A stretch of DNA of 63,955 bases, filler included, from Octopus bimaculoides (Eukaryota): the NCBI RefSeq assembly GCF_001194135.2. It is 6 parts of 6 records of this genome, joined end to end, with 100 filler letters (N's around TTAATTAATTAA, not from the genome) between each part and the next. Parts side by side here need not be neighbours in the genome. Positions count along the whole stretch, not along the records: positions 1 to 2,481 come from NW_026415639.1; positions 2,582 to 20,895 come from NC_068985.1; 4 more parts are not named here. One strand, 5' to 3'. Below are positions 1 to 13,528 of this stretch, piece after piece. The stretch's first letter is position 1. Every line of letters starts with the position of its first letter. Both the position numbers and the translations under genes were made by a program. Under the pieces are notes generated by a model, which was given only the letters and a program-made list of their open reading frames with translations, was not told where the DNA came from and searched no databases.

Positions 1-321
1 TATATATATATATACTTACATACCTACATTCATACATACATATATATACATATATATGCATATATATACATGTATATATGTGTGTATGTATGTATGTATG
101 TATGTATGTATGTATAGATACATATACCTATCTTCTTGTATATATATATATATATATATTATATATTGTTTATTATTTGTGTATATATCTCTTTTATTCT
201 ATATTTGTGTGTAAGTACACTTAAATATATAAATATAAATTTACAGAAAACAAAAGACAGAGCCAGGTGAAAGAAGAACAAGCATTTGTATTAGCTTGAA
301 CACTCGGGAAAAATGGAAAAG

Positions 322-359
322 TCCTTGACGTTTCGAGCCTACGTTCTTGACAGAAAGGA
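322..359 (-). other. Degenerate hammerhead-like motif of Penelope-type terminal repeat
   Basis: Minus strand TCCTTT-CTGTCAA-GAAC(GTAG)GCTC-GAAA-CG-TC-AAGGA has the minimal type I hammerhead topology, but the core CUGUCAA deviates from CUGANGA at two positions. Confidence 0.35.
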
Positions 360-1784
360 TTATATAAGAAAAAAAGGATGGTGGGGGAGAGAAAGAATGA
401 AAGAGAGAGAGAGAGGAGGAGAGAGAGGGAAGAAATCAGAGAGAGAAAATGGTTTTGGGATCAACTGTTCCACATGCTGAAATGACTGAAAGGAAGATGC
501 CAATACACACACGCACACACACACACACACATATATATACATATACATATACATACATACACATACATACTAATGTGTGAACCACTAAGTGTGTAGGACC
601 CTTAGTTCTCTTCTCAACTTCCTTCTAGAAGAGGCAAAACTCATATAAAAGACATGAAGCACAGTAGATTTCTGGTTGTCTCATCCATTGTTGTATCATT
701 AGCATTATGACTGAATTCGCTGCAAGTGCAACACTTTATCCACTCAAAACACATTCACACGCGGGAACTTCTTGACCTTTTGGTCTCTCACAACGTTTGC
801 ACAGAATAACTGAATTTAGGAAGTGGTCTTGTTCGGTCGCAAGTTGACTTGCACCATACATACATACATACATATATATTTATATATATANNNNNNNNNN
901 NNNNNNNNNNNNNNNNNNNNNNNNNNNNNNNNNNNNNNNNNNNNNNNNNNNNNNNNNNNNNNNNNNNNNNNNNNNNNNNNNNNNNNNNNNNNNNNNNNNN
1001 NNNNNNNNNNNNNNNNNNNNNNNNNNNNNNNNNNNNNNNNNNNNNNNNNNNNNNNNNNNNNNNNNNNNNNNNNNNNNNNNNNNNNNNNNNNNNNNNNNNN
1101 NNNNNNNNNNNNNNNNNNNNNNNNNNNNNNNNNNNNNNNNNNNNNNNNNNNNNNNNNNNNNNNNNNNNNNNNNNNNNNNNNNNNNNNNNNNNNNNNNNNN
1201 NNNNNNNNNNNNNNNNNNNNNNNNNNNNNNNNNNNNNNNNNNNNNNNNNNNNNNNNNNNNNNNNNNNNNNNNNNNNNNNNNNNNNNNNNNNNNNNNNNNN
1301 NNNNNNNNNNNNNNNNNNNNNNNNNNNNNNNNNNNNNNNNNNNNNNNNNNNNNNNNNNNNNNNNNNNNNNNNNNNNNNNNNNNNNNNNNNNNNNNNNNNN
1401 NNNNNNNNNNNNNNNNNNNNNNNNNNNNNNNNNNNNNNNNNNNNNNNNNNNNNNNNNNNNNNNNNNNNNNNNNNNNNNNNNNNNNNNNNNNNNNNNNNNN
1501 NNNNNNNNNNNNNNNNNNNNNNNNNNNNNNNNNNNNNNNNNNNNNNNNNNNNNNNNNNNNNNNNNNNNNNNNNNNNNNNNNNNNNNNNNNNNNNNNNNNN
1601 NNNNNNNNNNNNNNNNNNNNNNNNNNNNNNNNNNNNNNNNNNNNNNNNNNNNNNNNNNNNNNNNNNNNNNNNNNNNNNNNNNNNNNNNNNNNNNNNNNNN
1701 NNNNNNNNNNNNNNNNNNNNNNNNNNNNNNNNNNNNNNNNNNNNNNNNNNNNNNNNNNNNNNNNNNNATATATATATATATATA

Positions 1785-2150
1785 AGATAATGGTACAACA
1801 ATGCACTAATATTTACTGGAAATAGCAGTCGATAATATACGACGCTATAGTAAAGTTTCACTGTATATATATATATACTGGCAAAAATGTTTGCGGGCGG
1901 TGAACATAAAACCGTTCGTGTTACCTGTAAGAAGAACATTAAATAAATGTACAACCCAGTTGTAGATAATCTAGTACCTAGGTTTCGAACTTTCCAAATT
2001 GTCTAGATTCACCTAGACAAAATCTCAAATGTCGCTACATCAATGCCAATATATACTCTTCTGAACAGCCTAGCCGTTAACAGAGCGAGAGCAGTGCTAT
2101 TATCGACTGCTATTTCCAGTAAATATTGGTGCATTGTTGTACCACTATCT
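1785..2150. mobile_element. TA-flanked MITE with ~53-bp terminal inverted repeats
   Basis: 1785-1837 (AGATAATGGTACAACAATGCACTAATATTTACTGGAAATAGCAGTCGATAATA) is the near-perfect reverse complement of 2098-2150; TA on both sides. Confidence 0.8.
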
Positions 2151-2481
2151 TATTATACTTTAACCTGATGGTGTTTTGTTCTACTGGGAAGCAATACTGC
2201 TGTATTGCACCATTTGATAACTTTTTCTTTATCTATCTGTCTGTCTATCTATCTATCTATTTCTCTCTCTCTCTCTCTATATATATATATACATATATAT
2301 AGTTGAAGATGTGATTATGCGATTGTCCTTTCTAAAGCGGCTAGAAGTGGCTTCTCTTTGAGTCGGTAAGCATAGATTAAAGCATATTGGTGACATACCA
2401 ATTTGAGCACTAAGAGTGCATACTTATTAGTTTGAGTCATCCTGTCAAAAACTCCTGATATATATATGAGGAGTTTATATA

Positions 2482-2581
2482 NNNNNNNNNNNNNNNNNNN
2501 NNNNNNNNNNNNNNNNNNNNNNNNNTTAATTAATTAANNNNNNNNNNNNNNNNNNNNNNNNNNNNNNNNNNNNNNNNNNNN
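2482..2581. other. Assembly spacer N44-TTAATTAATTAA-N44 (similar spacers at 20940, 29627, 57506, 62452)
   Basis: Identical 12-mer with stops in all six frames, embedded in N runs five times. Confidence 0.95.
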
Positions 2582-3162
2582 TATACATTATATATGCATA
2601 TATATATGTGCGTGTGTGTTTGTGCAACATAGATACACGTACACATGCACACAGACACACATATACGTATGTACATAGGTGAAAAACAATGTATTTACAA
2701 TATGAATAACCACGGTTACATGCATGTCAATATAAAAACAAGAAATATACAATAACAGCAACAGCAACGACAACAACAACAACAACAACAACAACAGCAA
2801 CAACAACCGCGACGATAAAAGATCACGACATGAAACAAGTCATATAATGAGTAAGATTGTAATAGAAAATCCTTTTTCTTTTAATTCTCCATCTTTTCCA
2901 ACCGTCTCCACGTCTTCGTTAACTTTATCAGGCTTCTTTTCATTATTAGTGACAAGCATCAAAGCAACGAACCTATAAATACTACATACTTGCAGACGTA
3001 AATATGACTATGTTTCCACCTACACTCACACACGCACATATATACAAGCACACCCATATATACAAACAAACACATACATACACAGGGTGTTAGAAACTCT
3101 CAAACACAAACACAACACATACACATACACACACACACACACATTCAAAGACGCACACAACA

Positions 3163-3369
3163 TACTCTTTTACTCACTTACTTTTTTCAGTCATTTGACT
3201 GTGGCCATGCTGGAGCACCGCCTTTAGTCGAACAAATCGACACCAGGACTTATTCTTTGTAAGCCTAGTACTTATTCTATCGGTCTCTTTTGCCGAACCG
3301 CTAATTACAGGGACGTCAACACACCAGCATCGGTTGTCAAGCGATGTTGGAGGGACAAACACAGACACA

Positions 3370-3429
<60 letters not shown>

Positions 3430-3597
3430 TATATACGACGGGCTTTTTTCAGTTTCCGTCTACCAAATCCACTCACAAGGCTCTGGTCGGCCCGAGGCTA
3501 TAGTAGAAGAAACTTGCCCAAAGAGCCACGCAGTGAGACTGAACCCGGAACCATATGGTTGGTAAGCAAGCTACTTATCGCACAACTACTCCTGCGC
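3163..3597 (-). mobile_element. SINE family B, full length, with internal (CA)n/(TA)n tract
   Basis: Head GCGCAGGAGTAG..TGGTTCCGGGTTCAGT, 5' half ending ...GAAAAAAGCCCGTCGTATAT, microsatellite, 3' half ending CATGGCCACAGTCAAATGACTGAA; many homologues in this window. Confidence 0.9.
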
Positions 3598-3614
3598 ATG
3601 TTAGAAATATTGAA

Positions 3615-3823
3615 TTTAAATTTTGGCACAAAGCTAGTAAATTTTGGGGAGGGGATAAATCGATTACATCGACCCCAGTGTTCCACTGGTACTTAATTTG
3701 TTGACCCCGAAAGGATGAAGGACAAAGTCGTCCCCGATGGCATTTGAACTCAAATGTAAACACGGATGAAATGTCGTTAAGCTTTTTTTCCCGACGCGTT
3801 AACGATTGTGCCAGCTCGCCGCC
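3615..3823 (-). mobile_element. SINE family C
   Basis: GGCGGCGAGCTGGCA head, GAGTTCAAAT B-box-like motif, CCTTCATCCTTTCGGGGTC core, GGGGTCGATGTAATCGA tail; repeated throughout the window. Confidence 0.85.
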
Positions 3824-4370
3824 TTACGCATGTTAAAGATATTAACGGCGGCGCGTGACATTTATATAGTTATCTGTATGTATATATTCATGTGTGCATG
3901 TGAGTGTGTATGAGTGTGCGTTTGTGAATATGTGCGTGTTTGTATCCCTCTCACTACACACAGATGCATATGTGTGTGCACGTGTGTGTTTGTGTGTGTG
4001 CGTGAGCATACGTATAAATTCATATAAGCAAATATATATAGAAAATGAGTGCAATTAAAATTAACGGGCGAATTATCTTCAGTTATATAGAAGCCAGCTA
4101 TTCTTAGCCACCCATTGCATATATATTTAACATTTATGCTGTTTCGCTATCTGCCAAAAATGTCAGGCAATGAACCTTAAATGATACGTAAAAACAGGAA
4201 ATGTACGTACGTATGATTTAAGGTGCATTTCCTGAGTTTGGAAATCTCAGGATGTTATTATTGCAGCTAAGCTTCGATTGTTACTGTTTTTTTTACTACA
4301 TACATCCTAGTTCCAATCATATATAACATCGTTCATATAAATTGTACGTCACATAGTTTTCTGACGTGTA

Positions 4371-4590
4371 TTACTCTGTTACTTGTTTCAGTTATTTGAC
4401 TGCGGTCATGATGGAGCACCGCCAAATCAACAAATCGACCCCAAGACTTATTCTTTGTAAGCCTAGTACTTGTTCTATCGGTTTCTTATGCCGAAACGCT
4501 AAGTTACGGGGACGTAAACACACCAGCATCGGTTGTCAAGCGATGTTGCGGGGAAACAAACACAGAAACACAAACGTATACACACACATA

Positions 4591-4639
<49 letters not shown>

Positions 4640-4841
4640 ATATATATATATATATATACATAACATATATATGGCGTGCTTCTTTCAGTTTCCGTCTACA
4701 AAATCCACTCACAAGACTTTAGGCGGATAGAAGGCTAAAGTAGAAACACTTGCCCATGGGGACAAACACTTGCGCAGTGGGACTGAACCCGGAACCATGT
4801 GGTTCGTAAGCAAGCTGCTTACCACACAGCCACTCCTACGC
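4371..4841 (-). mobile_element. SINE family B, full length, internal (TA)n(GA)n tract
   Basis: Both halves homologous to 3163-3597. Confidence 0.9.
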
Positions 4842-5189
4842 ATATTTAGCACACACAGAAAAAAAATCGGTGAAATGATTTCAGAAATTTAAGCATTCTG
4901 CATTCTTCGTACTTGTAACTGGAAAACAATTTCGTATTTTTGTTAAGGAGGTGAACTTTAGAAAACAAAATTTCACAAAAATTTAATACATGCATCCTAT
5001 TATAGTTCATTTGCACCAACATGCATTAGTTAACCTTTTTGTACACTGAATTCACTCTAAAATTGTTTCCCCTGCCACTGTCCTGTTCCTGCAGGGGAAA
5101 AAAACTCATTAAGAGTATCAGAAATTTTCAAAAAATTTCCAGAAATTTTCAAAAAATGTTTTATAATAATTTATAGTTTTAATGTTGGG

Positions 5190-6170
5190 TTATTGACACC
5201 AGTCACACTCACCAGTTATCATGATGATACAAAAGTATCACAACCAATCAATGACCTTGAATGTACCTCAAAAGTACAGAAATATTTAAACGCAATATAC
5301 GAGTGGGCTGAAATATATAGAATATGCATTTCAATGTTGAGAAGTTTCAGGCACTCCGACCCCAACCCATAATCAAATTGATCGCTATCAGAATACGCAA
5401 GACAAGCGGGTATTGCAATTTAAGTGTTCGACTCGGTGCGTAACATACGAATTCATATGAGTGGCGATGCATCGTTCAGTGCACATATTATTAAGATGAC
5501 TGACTGGCTGCGATTGTACAAAACATGGAAAAAGGAAACCAGCTCAATCACCTTGATTACCACTTCCAATTGTGGTCACCACTAACTTCAAATTAACATA
5601 AGACTTCGAAGCAATACAATGCCGTTACAGGGAGAAAGTTGTTTCGATGCAACAGATGGACTACTAGGGAAAACTAAAACAGTTGAGACTCCACTCATTG
5701 GAAAGTCAATCTGAAAAATGTGCAGTGATATATATATATATATATATATACACAAAAAATCCTGAAACGTCAAGCACCCAACTTTGAGATTGAAAGCTAT
5801 ACTAATCACTGAACTGGACATTATTGCATCGTACTAAAAATCCTGTACATCCTGAGTAAGAACCCAGAACTGGCAGTTTAGTGTTCAAAGGCTAGCCAAA
5901 CCAATTTTCTATATATTGCCAAAAATGCCTCAGAGGTCTACGAGGTGTAAATGTAGGTGTGCTAAAAAAACAATTGAACAGATTTATATCCAGTATATCA
6001 GATAAAGCCACATCACAGTAAAACACGCAAAGAAGGGTTGGTCTATCAAACTTACTGATTTACCAGGATCGATTCTGAATACAGAACCAATAAGGAAGGC
6101 TAAGATAAACATGAATTAAGACTAATGGTGACGCCTCGGCTTGGCCACAGCTTTTCGCTAAAATCCGATA
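5190..6170 (+). mobile_element. CR1-like LINE, decayed 3' part of ORF2 (RT C-terminus) and 3' end
   Basis: Frameshifted translation: LTSYHDDTKVSQPINDLECTSKVQKYLNAIYEWAE..HFNVEKFQALR..EAIQCRY..MQQMDY*GKLKQLRLHSLE..ILPKCLRGLRGVNVGVLKKQLNRFIS; YxDDTK is the RT motif. Confidence 0.8.
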
Positions 6171-6493
6171 TTAGAACAATGGAATAATAGATTTCCTATG
6201 AGAGGCCTTACAGGCATCAGTTAAAAGCCAAGTAAATGATTTTATGATGGATGTGATCTATAGCTACAAACTTTAACTTTCTAAAATATATATATGACCT
6301 GTCTGATGAACGCAGATTTCTTTTTCACGAGACATGAAACTCAATGTTTATGAGTACTTTTGTAATGCTATATATATGAATCTTTTTAACAAATTCTCCC
6401 GGGGACTGCTTAATTGTAATTTTCAGTTCTTTACATCGCTCTCATTTTTTCCGTCTTTCCACATGTGCATACGTATAGAAGATATGTGTATGT

Positions 6494-6547
<54 letters not shown>

Positions 6548-7020
6548 CACATACATAAAATATGTATATATGTACGCTCTAAATATTTCTATATACGTGA
6601 CTGTCCACGTTTGTGTATGTAGATCTACGTAGATGCTAAGTAGTGAAATAGATACCATTATCTATTTACGAAAACTAAAGTAAGATCTAAACCGTTCTAA
6701 AGAAGCCATACTGCAATAAGTTAAGTTATATGAAAATATAAATAAATGCTCTATAAATTTAGTAATCCTCGACAAAGCACGGTTTTTTTTCCGATTGAGT
6801 CGATTTCCCTATGTACGACTTTAGTGTCCATAGATAAATAATGTAAACTCTAACACTGTTTAATGCTTACAGATACACGTGCACATATTAACACAAGGAA
6901 ATATATATGAAGCAAAAACAGGCATGCAGATAATATATGTGTATCTATATACAATACATACATACATACATACATAGATACATATATAGTATATATACAT
7001 ACATGCATACACATATATTT

Positions 7021-7055
<35 letters not shown>

Positions 7056-7065
7056 NNNNNNNNNN

Positions 7066-7103
<38 letters not shown>

Positions 7104-7241
7104 CATACACCTACACATACATATATAAACGTATACATGCAGGCATACACATATATATATACATGTATATATACATATATATATACATATATATACATAC
7201 GTACACATATATTTATACATACGTATATGCATACATATACA

Positions 7242-7296
<55 letters not shown>

Positions 7297-7514
7297 TATA
7301 CATACATATGTATATATGTACATACATATATACATGCATATACATGCATATACATACATATATATACATACATGAATATATTTACGTACATACATATATA
7401 CATACATACATACATACACATACAAGCGTACATATACTTACATATATAGACATACATACATACACATACATACATATATTTACATACATACATATATTTA
7501 CATACATACACAAA

Positions 7515-7552
<38 letters not shown>

Positions 7553-8192
7553 GCATGTCTGTATATGTTAATATGTATGATTAGCGATGTTACTTTTGAT
7601 TCTTGATATTTTTGTTTCTTTTCTGTTATGAAAGCCATTGATTCTGTAGAAGTCGTCTTTTTCTCTGTCACCATAGCTTCATTAACAACAAAGCATCGGT
7701 GTGTCTTTGTTATTTCCTCCTTATGTTTCATCTTAATTCAAATTCTTCTCTGTTTACAATTGTTGAATTCGTCTCATTGTCATTTTACTGTTGTTTTGAT
7801 GTTACCATGTTGAATGCTATATAATATGGAACATCATTTTCTTTTTTTCTTTTTTTTCTGTCTTTCGCTGTCAGGAAGGAACTACTTTATCCCTGAACGC
7901 TAAATGTGTAGTGTGCACACTTCCACACAAACATATATATGATACAGTGAATTTGTCTTTAGAAGCTGAAATACGTCACAAACATTTAAACTAACCTAAC
8001 GTTCGCTTATGTCTAACCACTGTTTGAAGTCGAACAAACTGGATTATCCAGATCGATAGAGCATCGAACAAATTTTAATCTATCTTTAAGTTTCTATGTA
8101 TGTTACACGGAAGTATTAGAGTCCATTGTTAGAGTGTATATTCTATGAATATGGTCTCACTGTATCAACGAAATATTTGTTAATATTCTTTT

Positions 8193-8780
8193 CTAATCTA
8201 GGTGATAGCACAATACTTGAAACTTTTCAGCATTGAACTGCATGCTATTATTCACAGCCCACTTGTATATTTCGTCCAACTCACATTGCAGGTGCATATC
8301 ATATTCAGGGTTCTGTATCACCTGTAAGACTTTTGTATCATCTACATAACTTGTGATCATGACTCTGTGTGACTGAGGGCGTAACTTAGAGGCCCAAAAG
8401 AGTGTCTTGCAGAACACCGCTCAATATTTACATGTCATTGGAGGTGGCCACATTGGCTACTATCACCTGAATTATACCCTTCAGAAAGTCATACAGCCAT
8501 TATCCCAATTTCCCGACTATGCCGAGATTACACAGGTTATGATATATCAGTCCATGATCGATTTTATCGAAGGATCTTGCATAGACGAGATATATCACAT
8601 CCACATTTCAGTAGTTCGGCAGTTACTTCAATACCCACTCATAGTGATGTAAGAGCTAAGTCAGGCAGCTTTTTCCTGGTCGGAAACAATATTGGGTGTC
8701 AGTTAGCAAGTGATTTTCCTCAAGGAAGGTGATGAGTTTCTTCTGACTATTCGTTGGATGACATTTCTAATGTACGAGGC
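8193..8780 (-). mobile_element. CR1-like LINE reverse transcriptase fragment (pseudogenised)
   Basis: QYCFRPGKSCLT*LL..VDVIYLVYARSFDKIDHG..ITSYVDDTKVLQVI..LQCELDEIYKWAVNNSMQFNAEKFQVL, with stops and frameshifts. Confidence 0.85.
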
Positions 8781-9636
8781 CATATATATATATATATATA
8801 TNNNNNNNNNNNNNNNNNNNNNNNNNNNNNNNNNNNNNNNNNNNNNNNNNNNNNNNNNNNNNNNNNNNNNNNNNNNNNNNNNNNNNNNNNNNNNNNNNNN
8901 NNNNNNNNNNNNNNNNNNNNNNNNNNNNNNNNNNNNNNNNNNNNNNNNNNNNNNNNNNNNNNNNNNNNNNNNNNNNNNNNNNNNNNNNNNNNNNNNNNNN
9001 NNNNNNNNNNNNNNNNNNNNNNNNNNNNNNNNNNNNNNNNNNNNNNNNNNNNNNNNNNNNNNNNNNNNNNNNNNNNNNNNNNNNNNNNNNNNNNNNNNNN
9101 NNNNNNNNNNNNNNNNNNNNNNNNNNNNNNNNNNNNNNNNNNNNNNNNNNNNNNNNNNNNNNNNNNNNNNNNNNNNNNNNNNNNNNNNNNNNNNNNNNNN
9201 NNNNNNNNNNNNNNNNNNNNNNNNNNNNNNNNNNNNNNNNNNNNNNNNNNNNNNNNNNNNNNNNNNNNNNNNNNNNNNNNNNNNNNNNNNNNNNNNNNNN
9301 NNNNNNNNNNNNNNNNNNNNNNNNNNNNNNNNNNNNNNNNNNNNNNNNNNNNNNNNNNNNNNNNNNNNNNNNNNNNNNNNNNNNNNNNNNNNNNNNNNNN
9401 NNNNNNNNNNNNNNNNNNNNNNNNNNNNNNNNNNNNNNNNNNNNNNNNNNNNNNNNNNNNNNNNNNNNNNNNNNNNNNNNNNNNNNNNNNNNNNNNNNNN
9501 NNNNNNNNNNNNNNNNNNNNNNNNNNNNNNNNNNNNNNNNNNNNNNNNNNNNNNNNNNNNNNNNNNNNNNNNNNNNNNNNNNNNNNNNNNNNNNNNNNNN
9601 NNNNNNNNNNNNNNNNNNNNNNNNNNNNNNNNNNNN

Positions 9637-9685
<49 letters not shown>

Positions 9686-9900
9686 AGTATGTGTGTTTGT
9701 GCGTCTGAGTTTTCCCCACCATCGCTTGACAACCGATGCTGGTGTGTCTACGTCCCCGTAACTTAGCGGTTCGGCAAAAAGAGTCCGATAGAATAAGTAC
9801 TGGGCTTACAAAGAATAAGTCGTGGGGTCGATTTTCTCGACTAAAGGCGGTGCTCCAGCATGACCGCAGTCAAATGACTGAAACAAGTAAAAGATAAAAG
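9686..9900 (+). mobile_element. SINE family B, 3' half (abuts gap)
   Basis: CCATCGCTTGACAACCGATGCTGGTGTG..CTAAAGGCGGTGCTCCAGCATGACCGCAGTCAAATGACTGAAACAAG. Confidence 0.85.
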
Positions 9901-10102
9901 ATATATATATACATATATTTACATATACATATATATATATATATGTATATATACATACATAATAATAATAATAAAGGGTAAAAATCATTAATAATTTTTA
10001 CCAGGTGGTCAGCGCGGAAATAAAAACTTCATAGGTAAATTCTACAAATATTTTATAATAGTATACATAATTATAAGAAGGGTTTGGCTGTATGCTTGAT
10101 TA

Positions 10103-10227
10103 CGCACTGAAGAATAGACGTCAAAAGACACTATTACCACCATAAATTCTCCGAGAATTATGTGGTGAGTCATTCTCGGGGAATGTATGGTGATAATACT
10201 GTCTTTTGACGTCTATTTTTCAGTGCG
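10103..10227. repeat. Long palindrome/foldback (56-nt arms, 13-nt loop), probable MITE
   Basis: 10103-10158 vs reverse complement of 10172-10227: 51/56 identical by my count. Confidence 0.85.
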
Positions 10228-10320
10228 CGGTAAGGCATATAGCCAATCCGTTGTTATAATTATGTATATAATTAAGAAGTATTTATATACATACATATAT
10301 ATATACAAACATACATATAC

Positions 10321-10351
<31 letters not shown>

Positions 10352-11174
10352 NNNNNNNNNNNNNNNNNNNNNNNNNNNNNNNNNNNNNNNNNNNNNNNNN
10401 NNNNNNNNNNNNNNNNNNNNNNNNNNNNNNNNNNNNNNNNNNNNNNNNNNNNNNNNNNNNNNNNNNNNNNNNNNNNNNNNNNNNNNNNNNNNNNNNNNNN
10501 NNNNNNNNNNNNNNNNNNNNNNNNNNNNNNNNNNNNNNNNNNNNNNNNNNNNNNNNNNNNNNNNNNNNNNNNNNNNNNNNNNNNNNNNNNNNNNNNNNNN
10601 NNNNNNNNNNNNNNNNNNNNNNNNNNNNNNNNNNNNNNNNNNNNNNNNNNNNNNNNNNNNNNNNNNNNNNNNNNNNNNNNNNNNNNNNNNNNNNNNNNNN
10701 NNNNNNNNNNNNNNNNNNNNNNNNNNNNNNNNNNNNNNNNNNNNNNNNNNNNNNNNNNNNNNNNNNNNNNNNNNNNNNNNNNNNNNNNNNNNNNNNNNNN
10801 NNNNNNNNNNNNNNNNNNNNNNNNNNNNNNNNNNNNNNNNNNNNNNNNNNNNNNNNNNNNNNNNNNNNNNNNNNNNNNNNNNNNNNNNNNNNNNNNNNNN
10901 NNNNNNNNNNNNNNNNNNNNNNNNNNNNNNNNNNNNNNNNNNNNNNNNNNNNNNNNNNNNNNNNNNNNNNNNNNNNNNNNNNNNNNNNNNNNNNNNNNNN
11001 NNNNNNNNNNNNNNNNNNNNNNNNNNNNNNNNNNNNNNNNNNNNNNNNNNNNNNNNNNNNNNNNNNNNNNNNNNNNNNNNNNNNNNNNNNNNNNNNNNNN
11101 NNNNNNNNNNNNNNNNNNNNNNNNNNNNNNNNNNNNNNNNNNNNNNNNNNNNNNNNATATATATATATATATAT

Positions 11175-11342
11175 ATACATACACGACGGGATTTAATTTC
11201 CGTCTACCAAATCCACTCACAAGTGTTTTGGTCGACCGAAGGGCATCGTGGAAGACACCTGCCCAAGGTGCCACGTAGTGGGACTGAACCCGGAACTACG
11301 TAGTTGGGAAGCAAGCTACTTACCATACAGCCCCTCCTGCGC
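11175..11342 (-). mobile_element. SINE family B, 5' half (abuts gap)
   Basis: CGTCTACCAAATCCACTCACAAG..GGGACTGAACCCGGAAC..CCTCCTGCGC. Confidence 0.85.
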
Positions 11343-11378
11343 ATACACACACACACACGCATACATACACTCACACAT

Positions 11379-11411
<33 letters not shown>

Positions 11412-13377
11412 CATAAATATATAAACTCACTAACACACAGGTACCTATGCGCACGCACACACATAGAGACACATATATATTATATATAACACCTGATAAA
11501 ATTGTTTCGAATACAAAACAAGATTGTGAAGAATATTCTAGTAGCATTAAATGAATGAATGCTTAAAGGAAAAAATAAACAGTAAATCGAAAAAAAAAAA
11601 GACAACTTTTTTCTGCACATTTCATTTTATTTTCGATGTTGCGCAAAAAAATATCGGTAAGAATTTTCAATTCAGTGGAAGTCAATGCTTCATTGATTGC
11701 TGTTCAGTCTTGTTATCATTAGGAATTTATTCTGCAGTTATTTGTGATAAAACGGGAAAAAAATTAGATGGCAGGTATTAAATGAATCCTGTATCATGCG
11801 ACGCTGCTGGCGCCATATTGTATATACTGGATCGTCTGTTAATGATCTCTATACGTACACATCTGCTTGGATTCCGACAGATAGATACTTAGCATCAAGT
11901 TTGTCGCCAGTGTTATTGTATTAGTAATGAACATCACAACATCCAAATTGCATTTACGCTTTTATAAGCTTGGATACATTAAAAAAATGGAAAATTCATT
12001 ATTAACGTTAGGTGCAATATCAGTTAAATGTTCGCGATCTGTATACATCCTTCGAACGTGTGTACTTTGAAAGCCTTAACAGCGCTATTCGTCTTGAGTG
12101 TATATACGTGTTACAGACGTGTATATGTTCTAAGTATGTGTACAGATTGCCAACAGTAAAGAAATACTTATTGAGGAAATGTGATAGAGAGTACTATCAC
12201 CGGGCTTGATCTATGAACTGAATCTTTGACTCCCTGTTTAATTAATGTTACTACTTATTTATGCTGCTAGTACTGTTGACAAAGGCATGCATGTCATAAC
12301 TTCTCGCTAATTTTAGGCAATAATAAAAGGCATTTGCATCCAATGAAAAGAAAATAATATTGAGCTCACTACTAACAAACTTAATGAAGTGAACCAAGAA
12401 ATTTAAATTAATTAGTTATTTATAATTAGCAAGGAGAAATATCCATTGAGTTAATGATCAATTCTGGGCAAGGAAATTAGTAGAGAACACTCAAATTTTA
12501 ATTAATTGCGATTAAATAAATTTAGAATTTGGGCAATGCCGTGTGTAGTAAGTCTAATCGTGACAGTTCAGAAATAATTCTGCACGTGTTGCTGTCTTAT
12601 TACATAATTAGAACTTGTCCGCGGAGCATAGCGTTTGAGTAAACAGCGATTGGCAGGGATTTTGGTCGCTTGGACGCAAATGTTCGTTTTATTTTAAGGT
12701 TAGCAAGCCTAATAAATTGGAGGTACGCCTATACCAGAAATTCTGGCTTAACAACTAATCTAGTTAGTTCCTAAAAATACTCAACAAATGTTCTGAGATC
12801 TTAGGGGGTTTCGGGTTTTTCAATATAAGACACCTTCACGTCGTTGAACCTAGGTAGGGTGATCAAATCCCAACTTGCACCTCAGGAGCGGTAAAACTGC
12901 AGTCTGTCCTCATGATACAAACTTTTCTTTCAAGCTTCGTTGAGAAAATGTATTGCTATTCTCGTTACTACACCAGTAAATCCGAGCCCAGTCAGAGCTT
13001 TGTAGTCTGAAACGCCGACAACCTACTTCAGTTGGTTCACAACATTCCCGGCACCTTCACTTCTGCACTGTTCTACCAGCTTCTGGTGTTCTACGAGAGC
13101 CACAGAAAGAGCCTCAACGCTATTGCAAGATCTGCCGCAAGTAACAGCTTCAATTTCTTTCAGTCACTTTTAACCATTTTAAAGAACACACTGGTCAATG
13201 CAAACTCTGATGTAATGGATAAAAAGAAGAGGCGATGCATAAAGTTGGTAATCTTGAGCACAGATCTTGATTCGGATAAACGCGCAATTTATCACAACAA
13301 GATCAACAGTAAGCACTAACGCCACGACAATAACATTTTATTTATCATTTTATTTATCATTTAATTTATTTATCATA

Positions 13378-13528
13378 TAATTGTTTCAGTCATTATATTG
13401 CGGCCATACTGGGGCGCCGTCTTCAAAAGTTGTAGTCGAATGAATCGACACCAATACTGCTGGTAGTTAATCTATCGGTCCTTTTTGTCTAACCGCTAGG
13501 TTACCGGGACGTAAACACATCAACACCA
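13378..13528 (-). mobile_element. SINE family B, 3' half, decayed
   Basis: GTTTCAGTCAT..GCGGCCATACTGGGGCGCCGTC..AACCGCTAGGTTACCGGGACGTAAACAC. Confidence 0.7.

Noticed and set aside
2526-2537. TTAATTAATTAA repeated five times in the window
   Set aside because: Always embedded in N runs, typically 44 N each side; a six-frame-stop assembly spacer, not biology.
12800-13330. Higher-GC segment with a 95-aa ORF
   Set aside because: No recognisable domain in six frames; probably an unclassified decayed repeat.
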